A stretch of DNA of 63,989 bases, counting the filler, from Pelomyxa schiedti (lineage: Eukaryota > Protista > Evosea), in assembly GCA_020536535.1 (NCBI GenBank). It is 7 parts of 7 records of this genome, joined end to end, with 100 filler letters (N's around TTAATTAATTAA, not from the genome) between each part and the next. Parts side by side here need not be neighbours in the genome. Positions count along the whole stretch, not along the records: positions 28,796 to 39,095 come from JAHLWZ010001271.1; positions 39,196 to 58,174 come from JAHLWZ010000227.1; 5 more parts are not named here. One strand, 5' to 3'. Below the pieces are notes generated by a model. The model did not search any database. It was not told the origin of the DNA and was given only the letters and a program-made list of their open reading frames with translations. Positions 35,102-48,241 of the stretch are shown here, in pieces. The position numbers and the translations under genes were made by a program. How positions within the stretch are numbered: position 1 is the first letter of the stretch; the number at the start of each line of letters is the position of its first letter.

Positions 35102-38100
35102 ATGATAAATCAAATATTTGTCAAATGGCTCACTGGACACACCACTACTGTCGATGTTGAACCGTATTACACTATCGGGTATGTGAAGTGTCTTCTATGG
35201 GCAAAACACGGGATCCCTGCACACCGTTTGAGTATTCTCTTCGCCGGGTGACTTTCACGAATCATTTATATGGTTTAATGCACTACAGTCGCGCGTTAAA
35301 GGATGAGCCATCTTTGGCAGATTACAATATCCAAAAGGAATCAACAGTGCATGCTGTTTTACGGCTTACCCTTCGACGTGAAAATGATGCTCGCTTTGTG
35401 GTCCTGTATGACAACCATTCACATTATTTTCAGATTCCTGGGCCACAACACGTATTGCTCCAATATCAATATTTCCAGTATCACTTACCTTTACAGGTGC
35501 GTGCATTACTGATCCAAGCTAATGTTCCTCTTCACACTGAAGTTGTGTCAGTTGTGTTCCAGAATAACCCAATTGGGTTAGATGATAGTATTCCTCTCTT
35601 GGAATTAGGGAGTGTGATAACTTGCACCACCTTCACCAGCTACACGTTTTCGATACAAACTATGCGTAAAAAGCAAGATAAGCACTTGGACCGCCCTCCA
35701 GTTACTTTTAGTGCAGTCAATATTCGAATTAAAACCTTCACACAAGCTCCCTTTCTATGGCTCATTCATAGACATTTCACGTAACTCGGCTGCTGCTTAT
35801 CTCAATTCGCAAATTCAAGTTTTTTTTGAAGCCACAACAATGTTCACCATCGTAAATGTTAATGTACACTTCATTGGCCATGCTTTACTTAAATGGACAA
35901 AAAGGAAATCCGCATTGACAACCTTCATATTTTTGAGGAAATTGGATCAGTATATTGCCACTTTCAATTTTCCCTCATCTTTGAAATAGGGAAGTAATGG
36001 GCAAGTATTTGCATGCACATTACCAAATACAAAATATAAATTGGCTTTGAAAAAACTGTGGGACTTTTCAACTTCATACCCTGGGCGTACCAAAGAGTTT
36101 GATATTCCAGCTTGTTTTCCCCATGAAAATGTAGTGGCCTCAGGTTTGTTTTCCTACTAAGGGAAAAAAAAAGATTTCTGCTGTGTTGGCAACATTTGAA
36201 GGACACACAATTCAGATGACGCAATGTGAGATCGACTATGGAGTAAACTTCACAACCTACTTTTTAATGGAACGATACCCTATCTCACTCTTAGCTTGTA
36301 TTTTTACTTGCATTCTACCTCTTTGCCCACTTGGTGCAGATATTTCTCAACATTGTCTTCTTCCAGAGAGAGAATTGTTGCTCCTGACATTGCAAATCGC
36401 CAAAGGCCTTTCCCATCTCAAGAGCTGTGGCATTGCACATCGCGACTTAAAGCTTGATGATATTATGCTGAAAAATGGTAACTGCCTTTCTCTGTCAGTT
36501 GGTTAAATTAAATATAAGGGAGTGTGATTATCATCGACTTTGGTTGTGCAACAACTGAGTTTGTTACAACTAAGTGTGATGGCCACCTAGCTTCTCTTGC
36601 TCCAGAAATACGCTATGAAAGAGACATATGGGTTTTGAGCTTTCTTTTTTGTCCTTTTTTACAAAAAACAAAAAAAAAAAAAAGGACTTCACCTATAATG
36701 ACGCATGGGCTCTTGGGTGCCTAATATATGGAATGTGCAAGCTGGATAACCCCTTTGGAGTTCAGTTGAATCTTTTCAAGATACTATTAAATTCCAACAA
36801 GCACACAGCTTGAAGTTTTGGCCTGCCCACCACACCTCCCTTGTGGCTATGCCATTTTGGAGACCCTTGCATTCCGCCTACTAGATTTAACACCTACAAA
36901 GAGGCTCAGTATTGAAGATGCAGTAATGTTCCTGGAACAAGCTCTGTGGCCTCTTAATGCATCACACTATCAGGAAGAAGTGCTTGTAAGGCATCTTTCT
37001 CCATTTCTTATTGAGCCCCTTTTATTTGTTATTGGTTTCACCACTAAAACTTCCCAGAGGCACCTATCTTCCTGTCACCGTCAACTTTCAGCTGAAACGT
37101 TTGCAGGAAATGTTGAAGCGAAGTTATTTGTCCAATATCTTCTCCGATTTGTATTGCAATCACCTTTTCACAGTTTGAGTAAAGCTCGTCATCGAAACCA
37201 TTTTGCCCTTATTAAGGTTTATCCACTTTCGTTTATGTGCATCTGCCAATAGTTGAAGTACTTCCCAGAGATGGGATTTCCTATTTCCTTGATACAAAGT
37301 ACTCTGATCCATCTTAGAAAACAGGGCGAGTTTGTAACAACCATCACTGACTTCCTTTCATGCCTCCTCAAAGAATCTATTGCACCCCTCTCACCATCAG
37401 CCATAGCATCCCCAGAAGTGCACTCAAATACTCCACTGCAAGAACCACAACCATCCCAGACAACTGAGCAATCAACAACTCAATTGTCAACTTCAAGTGT
37501 GAGTGTTGTGTCAGTAGATAGTCTCCGCACTGAACACCATTTGGCTCTTTTGGAAATCAACCTATTAAATGATGTGCACCTTTCTGACTTACGGCTTGTG
37601 CAGAAAATTGCTACTGTATGTTTTGGCATTACAATTTCTTTCTTTCTTTCTTTCTTCTAAAAAAAAATCCCAGGGAACCGAGGGAATGGTCTTCAAAGTA
37701 TCTTGTGTTCTTGCCAGTGACGAATTTGGAGAAGTATCATATGCTGCCAAGGCAAGACCAAAAATGACTGCACCCTACTTATTAATTTTAGGTGATTCCT
37801 AATTTGGAAGTAGCTTCACTTCCTTCTTCACAGGCCCTGTGGACACCAGAGATTTATGACAGCATCCGTAAGATTACAAATTTGTTGATGCACCTAAAGA
37901 TCTCAAAGGACAAATGAAATCCCACACAAATGTACAGAGATTAAGTTGCAACTCCTTTGGTATGCAAGAAATTGTCTTCCTCCCTTATTCTTTGTTAGAT
38001 AAATTGCGGAAGATAGGGAGACACCCTTCAATTTGCCATTATGTGAAGCACTACATTGGGGAGCTCCCCACTGATGTTTGATCCCTTACCCCTTTTTTTC

Positions 38101-38831
38101 TTTTAACTGTACTCCTACCAGTGGTTCCATAGTGGTGATGGAGTTTATCACACACAAGCCCAACTTCAAATTCCATTTTTGGTTATTCTCTTCCCATATA
38201 TGTCAAATACATTGGCCTCTGTGATGAGCAGAAAATCACTTTCTCTGAATCAAATTTGTTCCTTTTGGAAGGATATCCTACTGGGGCTCGTAATCCTGAG
38301 CAAGTTCATGGTCCTGCATGCAGATATAAAACCTGATAATATCCTCATATCTGGTCTCTTCCATCCATTTTGTCACATATGCTCATCCCTTAAAAACAGA
38401 TACAAATAAAGCATGCATCACTGACTTTGGAGCTGCCACCAGTCTGCTGGGTGACCAAAGCAAAAATATCCAACCTTGGTACTCTGAGCCATACTGGACA
38501 ACTGCACTCTATCGCCCTCCTGAGGTATTACCTACCAACAATTATACTGACCCAATACATTTACAACAAGCTACGGCGAGCCACCGGGCTGATTTCCCAT
38601 GAAAAAGCTGATGTGTGGGCCTTGGGTGCAACAATGCTCACAGTGATGCTCACACAAAACAGGGTTGGAGTTCCTGAATACTACAACTATGAAGAGAGTC
38701 AGGTCAGTGCTCTGTGGGAAGCCGTCTTCCCACCATCAATCCCCTTCCAAAATTCAGGCCTCCAGTATTCTGTGGATGTTAGGCCATGTGCCACAAATCT
38801 GCTACGCACCCTTCACCACCTCTCAAGTTGA
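35102..38831 (+). CDS. Ubiquitin-like domain plus two protein kinase domains, multi-exon (could be two genes or degenerate)
   Basis: QIFVKWLTGHTTTVDVEP...LFAG|RALKDEPSLADYNIQKESTVHAVLRL; kinase 1 HRDLKLDD/DFG/LAPE/DAWALG; kinase 2 GTEGMVFKV/HADIKPDN/TDFG/KADVWALG; 3' end approximate. Confidence 0.65.
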
Positions 38832-39771
38832 AAATACAACTTTCATTGGGTCCTCTTCTTTGTGGCATCCAGCCAGCCAATAACTTTGGTTCGCGAAAAC
38901 TTTGGTCGGAAAAACTTTCGTTCTCAGTCTTTCCTCAGCACCAAAGTTTGTTGGAGCCAAAGTTTTCCAACCTACTACGCTACACGACGCTCGTAATAGC
39001 GACTTAGCTCTTCCTTCACAAGACCAAATAACTCAAACGCAACAATAGTTTATTCAACACTCAATTACTCAACCAATTTAACGACCATTGTGATCNNNNN
39101 NNNNNNNNNNNNNNNNNNNNNNNNNNNNNNNNNNNNNNNTTAATTAATTAANNNNNNNNNNNNNNNNNNNNNNNNNNNNNNNNNNNNNNNNNNNNGTTCT
39201 AGGTGTCGCCTGGATCTCCCTCAGGGTCCCAACAGATTCGCGGTAGTTTTCCCAGAAATCCATCAGTGATTAGAACCGTACTTAGAACTACAGCGACGCG
39301 AAGTCACCTCGCCACAAACAGACAGGATGGGCCGGGGTTTTTTCTTTCTTGTGCTATGTCCTCCACCTGGGTTTGGGTGCAACTCACTCGTATTGTTTGG
39401 AATTAGAACGAATTAGAACGTCACAGTTAGAATATTACAACAAGAGTGATGGCTATCAACAGCAAGACCAGGCAGGCACACAAGGTCATTTTGTGCCTGA
39501 GCCACGTGATGTCGTACTCGGGGTAACAATAACTATTCCTAAGGAGAAGCTGCGGCACAGCCACCATTCTAAGCACAACGAGGAACCTGTCATACAAAAG
39601 CAGAGTCCCGATGGTGGCCCCAAGGATTCCATGAACCTGCTGGTATGTTAGAGAGTGTACACAGAAATAATAGCGGTGTTCGCTTTGTGTTTCTGTCGGT
39701 TTATGTATTGGTGGTGTGTGCTAGGAATTGGGAAAAGACACAAACCACTGAGCGGCGGATATCCGGCACCT

Positions 39772-42425
<2,654 letters not shown>

Positions 42426-42795
42426 TAATCAATTTCCACGAAGGCCAGCCTGATCAATATTTGGCGGAGTAAAATAATCAGCAGACCGGAAAGCTGTACT
42501 TTTCGTTATCGTCGCTCCGGATCGGCCGTCTGGTGTTTTTTTTATTCCGCCATTTCTTGTGAAATGAACGGTGTGTACCCCGTACTAAAAAAAAATCCTT
42601 TCGAAGTATTAATATAACCATATCCTGGTAAATAGTGAAATAATATTTGCTTACCCTTTCTCTCCACACACAACAACAGGCCAACAAGTGGGCAACTCCA
42701 AACGCGATCCAACAACAACAGTTGCGTTCACGAACCCAGCCACGGCTAGCGCACACCCCACAAACCACCGCACAACCACCCAAAGCGTTGTTGCG

Positions 42796-44963
42796 ATGTC
42801 ACGGATAGTGTGGGACTGGGTGGTGCCGTGGCTCATACCGCGGCACCACCGGCGCCACCTGCCACTGTCGCGCAACCAGTGGCCCGCCCTCCGCGACAAG
42901 CACGCCGCGCGGCTGTGCGCCGTGGCCGAGGGGCTGTTCCCGCTTGTTTCGCGGGTGTGCTCGTCACTCGTGAGCCACTATGACAGCCACTACCAAGTAC
43001 TCGACGCAGCTGCAGAGGCCGGGGCCACCTCGTGTATAAGCTGGCTCATCAAGAGCCACAACACGGGGGGAGGCCGGGACACAAGCGGCGATATGAATAG
43101 CACTGGTGCTACTGCTGATGGACGGGAGCGAGGAGAGGGCTGTGATGGAGAGGAGAGGGTTGCTGTGCTGAGGAGGATGAGGAGGAGAGCGGAAAAGGAG
43201 TTCATTCATGTGCTTGGGGGGTTGTGTTTTGGGGGTCACTTGGCAGTAGCACAGAAGCTGGTTGATGGCCACTTTCCAGGGATTGTGTGGCCAGGTTGCG
43301 GTGACAGGGGTGAAAGCAGCAGCAGTGCCGTTGCTTTAGAGGTTAAACTCAGTGATTACATTAGGTCTTCTGACCTTTTGGCAAGGGTGTGTGAAAGGGG
43401 GCACAGTGATTTGGTGAAGTGGATGGTTGACCAATTCAACATCAGGGAGCCTTGGGAGTTTGTGCAGCCTTTCGCGAAGGCTTTAGCAGGGGGCCACTTA
43501 GATTTGGCAAAGTGGATGTTCAACACATTCAATTTGCTGCAAGTACTCAGCAATTGGGATGCGTTTGGCACCTTGGAGATACACCAAAATGCATGTTACA
43601 GTGGTAACCTGGATGTTCTCAAGTGGTGCCTAGAAATCTTCCCTCTGGAAGATGAGGAAGACATGGCCCGGGATTTATTAGCGAGTTGTCTCAGGGGAAC
43701 CAACAGTGTTGACGTGTGCCAATACCTCAAAGACCACCTCCCTGTTCCTTTCCTACTATCCTCACTATTCAAAACAATCAGGAGGCTTGACGCTCTGAAG
43801 TGGGCGATTTCTTCATTCCCTTCTTTGTTCAGCACTCCACGCACCCTTGAGGATTTGGAGGCTCTTTGTGCAACCCCAGATGGGCTTAAATATGCCGTGG
43901 AGGAGCTCCCGCCATCAACATCACTGCTTAGAGTGGTATGCAGAATGAAGAAAGGCAACAACACTCCAGTTGTGAAATTGTTGTCATCGAGGATGACACT
44001 TTCCCAAGAGGATGTCAGTGAGGCTTTCTGCACCTCTTTGGCCAACAACAACGTCTCGATTGCATCTTGGTTGGATGAGACCTTCCACATCCTGAATACT
44101 AGCTCGCGATCCACTTCTGTGGGATCTATTCTTGTTGAGATGTGCAAAGCTATCAGTTCTCCTGGTGGGGATTTCTCGAGTAGAGAGGGTTTGGAATGGC
44201 TTGTGAACAACCCGTCAATGAGAGGTGTTGAGGAGAGGTTCGTGGTTGAAGCTATTGAGGAACTTGTATCGAGGGGAATGTCCAACGTACCGCTCCTCAT
44301 GATTGAAAGGTTTCCAATCTCGGAGCCAAAGAGGTCAGAACTACTGGTTAGTGTTCTTACCGAAAGTATCAAGTCGTACACAATCACACAAGTGAAGAAG
44401 GTCATTTCAACGGGCAACTTCACCAAAGAGTCTGTTGCCATGTGCCTTGCAAATCCTACTTGTGCACAGTCAACTAAAGTTGTGAAGTGGCTGGCCTCAC
44501 ATTTCCAACTCGGGCACGAGCACACCACAGCTGAGAACAACAGCCTTATGTGCAACTTGCTCATTTGGGGACAGGGAACTTGCGCAGAATGGCTCATAAA
44601 CAAGTTCCACATCACCCTAACTGAGGTTACTTCCTTGTCCCCTATCCACAACCAACCCTTTTTTCTCAGTTTTCTGGCTTCTCATCATTGGAAACACCCT
44701 CTTTCCTTGAGACTGACTTGGCCACCTGGAAGACTTTCCTTGAGGTGTTCCAAGGCATCACAACGACTCTGATCAAGAAGAACTTCTTCCTTCAATTTGT
44801 GTGCCAGTCACCAATCATTGCACAGTACACAATGAGGCTATTTCCTTACCTGACCATGCATGACATTGTCAAGTTCTGCTCCGAAGCACCAAAGTACAAC
44901 TTCTCCCTGGAGACCATTTTTTGGCTGAAGCAGAGCCACCCCAACATCTGGGCTTCACATTGA
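42796..44963 (+). CDS. Large uncharacterised protein with divergent ankyrin-like helical repeats; frameshift or intron near 44630-44690
   Basis: ORF 42688..44772 (likely start MSRIVWDW at 42796); repeats GHLAVAQKLV, GHSDLVKWMV, GHLDLAKWMF, SGNLDVLKWCL; apparent continuation in another frame (LETDLATWKTFL...). Confidence 0.7.
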
Positions 44964-44984
44964 CCTCAAAAAAAAAAAAAAAGT

Positions 44985-45075
44985 TGTGTGGAATAAAATG
45001 ACCTCCATCAGCCGTGGGTGGCAAACGAGGAGGAGATACCATACCATGGTGTTGGGAGTTCGTATTGGGTGACCC
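44985..45075 (+). repeat. Intergenic direct repeat; other copies at 48034-48130 and (partial) 47791-47833
   Basis: tgtgtggaataaaatgacctccat.agccgt.ggtg...ggaggagataccatacca...gtgaccc is shared. Confidence 0.8.
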
Positions 45076-45242
45076 ATCAGCAATGAAGGTGGGCCCCCTA
45101 TGCGGAAACCCCATAACGGATGCCTAACAGCCCAACAATCCTGTGCCTCCGACAGCCGACTGGGACTTGTGGGATTCAAAGATCGGCTTTTCACTGAAAT
45201 GTACATTTGATGGTTTTGGAATAGACCGTCAGACACGCCAAA

Positions 45243-46466
45243 ATGACCACAGACGCACATCGCTGCCCTGTCACCGCGGAACCCGCGATCCCCACGGCCC
45301 AGTCCCAACTCCTGTCCCTGATGCTCGCGGCGCACCCGCGATGCGGCGCCCGCACCGCCCTAGCCTCATCCTCGTCCGCCGCCCCCGGGGGCCTGTGGCT
45401 CTCCTTCCTACGCGCGCTGTGGTCCGACTTCATCGTGCCCTCGCAGCTCCGCCTGGTCGCAGACCTGGACCTTTGTAGCCTCCCCGACGTAGGCCTGCAG
45501 GTGTGCGTGCACCCCGTGCTCGGCGCACTCACGAGGCCGGTCACGACCCACAAGTACGTCGAAGGCCTCCGTATGGGCGCGGACCACCACTTGGTCTCTT
45601 CCGATAAAGGCAAACTCTGTGTCGTGGCGGCTGCAGGGGACTCCTTCGACGTTTCGCAGGACGCCAGCAACTCCCACAAGTACGCACACGGGTGCAATTC
45701 CACGTGGATTCTCATGTTCAAGGCCGAGGAGAACGGTTTCACTGTGACAACCCACACAATGACCATCACCAAGGCACTTGACCTGGATGCCCTTAAGTTC
45801 GAGCAGTGTGATGTTGAGTTGCCGTTCCGTTGCTACGTGAAGGATGTGTCATTCTGCACCAGGCCTGATCATGGCCAGGCTGTGGTGGTTCTGAGGAAGC
45901 CGTCCGACCCGCTGCTGTGCATCATGGTTGTAGACGTTGCAAAGTCATTCACGTCGCGGGACCTGGTGGTACTTTCCTCGACCCGGTGTGCAGTCACTGA
46001 TGAACCACAGTATCTCGTTGTATGCACAATTCTGAGCATGAGGCAGTCCACTGGCGCCCGCTGCTTCGTCCTCGTGGCGAGCCCCGACTGCACCCTAAAT
46101 AGTTACTGCAGTTTGTGCATGATCTGTGACAGTGCGGGCACTGTGTCTGAGTTTCCAGTGGGTACCAAGATGGACCCGCTCTACGCCACCCTGTCGAAGC
46201 TGTCACCCACGCAGTTCTGCGTGTCTCATCGCTCGTTGGTTGAGATATGGGATTGTGGCAATGACTCGGGGCCACCGAGGGTTGTGAGGGTGCTACAGTC
46301 TGAGCTTGGTTATTATGTGGATGAAGTGGAGGCAAATTCGGGATTCCTGTTTGTGAGGCTCCGTGACAAGATCAAAGTGATTGAGGCTTCAACAGGTGTG
46401 TGTTGGATAACTGTTGGCGGATTTCCAGATCGCATCATGAGGATGGATCAAGTCACTTGTCTCTGA
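45243..46466 (+). CDS. 'SPTLG/CNxKW' family protein (407 aa)
   Basis: TAQSQLLSLMLAAHPRCG, VHPVLGAL, CNSTWILM, VDVAKSFTSRDLVV, EIWDC, VIEASTG; intronless. Confidence 0.8.
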   Translation: MTTDAHRCPVTAEPAIPTAQSQLLSLMLAAHPRCGARTALASSSSAAPGGLWLSFLRALWSDFIVPSQLRLVADLDLCSLPDVGLQVCVHPVLGALTRPVTTHKYVEGLRMGADHHLVSSDKGKLCVVAAAGDSFDVSQDASNSHKYAHGCNSTWILMFKAEENGFTVTTHTMTITKALDLDALKFEQCDVELPFRCYVKDVSFCTRPDHGQAVVVLRKPSDPLLCIMVVDVAKSFTSRDLVVLSSTRCAVTDEPQYLVVCTILSMRQSTGARCFVLVASPDCTLNSYCSLCMICDSAGTVSEFPVGTKMDPLYATLSKLSPTQFCVSHRSLVEIWDCGNDSGPPRVVRVLQSELGYYVDEVEANSGFLFVRLRDKIKVIEASTGVCWITVGGFPDRIMRMDQVTCL

Positions 46467-46508
46467 ATGGGGCATGTGTAAATGAATAAAAAGAACCAGT
46501 TCTTTTTC

Positions 46509-47720
46509 TTACCACACACAAGAAACGTCATAGAATTTGTTTATGTACTCAGTGACCACCGTCAAGGCGAGAACACAACAACCAGAGGAAGCATCCATCA
46601 CTCTCAGCTGGGTTCCCTGCCACTCAATCAAAAACCCAATGGCCGTGGCCTCAGCAATCCCAGGTGCCCTGGCCCCAAAGTTGATGACCCTGAGTGGCTT
46701 GGCTACGTTGTTGCAGTCCCAGATTTCAGCAGTTGACGTTGGGGTAGAGGACGAAAGGCAGAACATCGACTTGCCGAGCTTTGACAGCACGAGGCAGATG
46801 GCACTATTCCTGGTGAGAACTTGTTCCACGGCTCCAGTCGATTCCATCACTCGAAAGACAGTGTCGAAAAACACAATGGCCCTGCAGATGAAACACTGTG
46901 CGCCGTTCCTCATTTTGAAGGAGAATGCCTGTCTCAAAACTTCGGCATCAAAAAAATCCCATGTGGTTGAAGAACGAACACAGAGGTTCTTTTTTGAGTG
47001 GAACGTCCTTTCAGCATCAACAGCCAGTATCCTTGCCTTTGCAGACAACTGCCAGGACAGACCAATAAAAAGCACATCTGGGTCCATCACCTCAAACCAC
47101 ATGATCACTGTAGGTTGGTCCACACCCAAACCATCAACCTGCACATTGACACACTCCCTTGCTGTTGCCTCCAGAGGTTCCTTTTCCCCCGGTGTTGGAA
47201 TTTGCAGTATGCCCACATCAACTCCATGTGGTTTCCCCAGTGTATTAGGGGAACTGCGCCAAGTGACAGCAACCCACTTGGAGTTTGTGCACTGTGGCGT
47301 GAAGTCCGTCCTGTGGCCGAGGAGGTTCACAGCACTTGAGAGCGGGGATGGTGAGGTGGTGTCAAAGATTATCAGGGCAGGGTCGTCCTGTCTGATACTG
47401 GGCTTGAGAATCCTCTTTGAATCCACCCACCACATTCCGGCGAATTGCTTCGCGAACTCCGCGGGCCTCGTTGCGGACATCAGCAGGGGCGACACCCACA
47501 AGTGGAAGTTGCACCCACGCCCGGACACGATAACTTTCATCGCGGGCCCGTATTCTACAACGTTAGACCACACAGCTCGCAACGCCGAGGGAAGCAGGTA
47601 CGAACACATCCCACAATTGCGTGTCGCGTGGGCAACACCGCATCGGGGGTGTGTCGACATCAACAGAGCAACGAACTGTGACTGTGCAGTGAGCGTCGTT
47701 TCAGTTGTAATCATCATCAA
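46509..47720 (-). CDS. 'SPTLG/CNxKW' family protein (403 aa), convergent with 45243..46466
   Basis: TAQSQFVALLMSTHPRCG, VSPLLMSA, TNSKWVAV, VDAERTF, EIWDCNN, VMDASSG; intronless. Confidence 0.8.
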   Translation of the reverse strand: MMMITTETTLTAQSQFVALLMSTHPRCGVAHATRNCGMCSYLLPSALRAVWSNVVEYGPAMKVIVSGRGCNFHLWVSPLLMSATRPAEFAKQFAGMWWVDSKRILKPSIRQDDPALIIFDTTSPSPLSSAVNLLGHRTDFTPQCTNSKWVAVTWRSSPNTLGKPHGVDVGILQIPTPGEKEPLEATARECVNVQVDGLGVDQPTVIMWFEVMDPDVLFIGLSWQLSAKARILAVDAERTFHSKKNLCVRSSTTWDFFDAEVLRQAFSFKMRNGAQCFICRAIVFFDTVFRVMESTGAVEQVLTRNSAICLVLSKLGKSMFCLSSSTPTSTAEIWDCNNVAKPLRVINFGARAPGIAEATAIGFLIEWQGTQLRVMDASSGCCVLALTVVTEYINKFYDVSCVW

Positions 47721-48241
47721 ACGAATTAAGGGAACTAGAAAAATACAACTGTGTGGGAACTAATGAAACCCCATGATCCTTTGATGGACAACCATGGAGG
47801 GGAAATATACCAGGCTGTTGCTGTTGGGAGTTATTTTTTCCTGCCACCCCACTGTGCAAGGCGGGCTTTGACCAGAACTCCCAGCACACGAGCCACATCC
47901 CAAGGAAGCCAATCTGTTCTGGATACGAAAGTTACTTGTGGGACACAGGAAAAGTACAAGATTGACTGAGACGACGTTGGTACTGCTGGCACTGAAGGAC
48001 TGAGGAAAAAAGGAGATGGCACTGAAGGAAAGATGTGTGGAATAAAATGACCTCCATGAGCCGTAGGGTGCCACCATGGAGGAGATACCATACCACGTTG
48101 TTGCTGTTGGACTTGCTCGATGAGTGACCCCTACCTGGGAGGTTACCCTTTTTTAAGTCCCAGTAGCATTGCTAGAAGCGAAAAGTTGTTCATTTTCCGT
48201 AATCGCCACAGCCAACTTGTGGGAGGGGAAAAAATAATGTG

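Noticed and set aside
33535-35140. Long overlapping ORFs (372 aa +, 533 aa -, 206 aa +) over the GNAT
   Set aside because: Stop-poor alternative frames caused by high GC; only the 33544..34593 frame has recognisable motifs.
43596-47763. Long antisense ORFs 43596..44651 (-) and 46537..47763 (+)
   Set aside because: Mirror frames of supported genes with no motifs of their own; treated as shadows.
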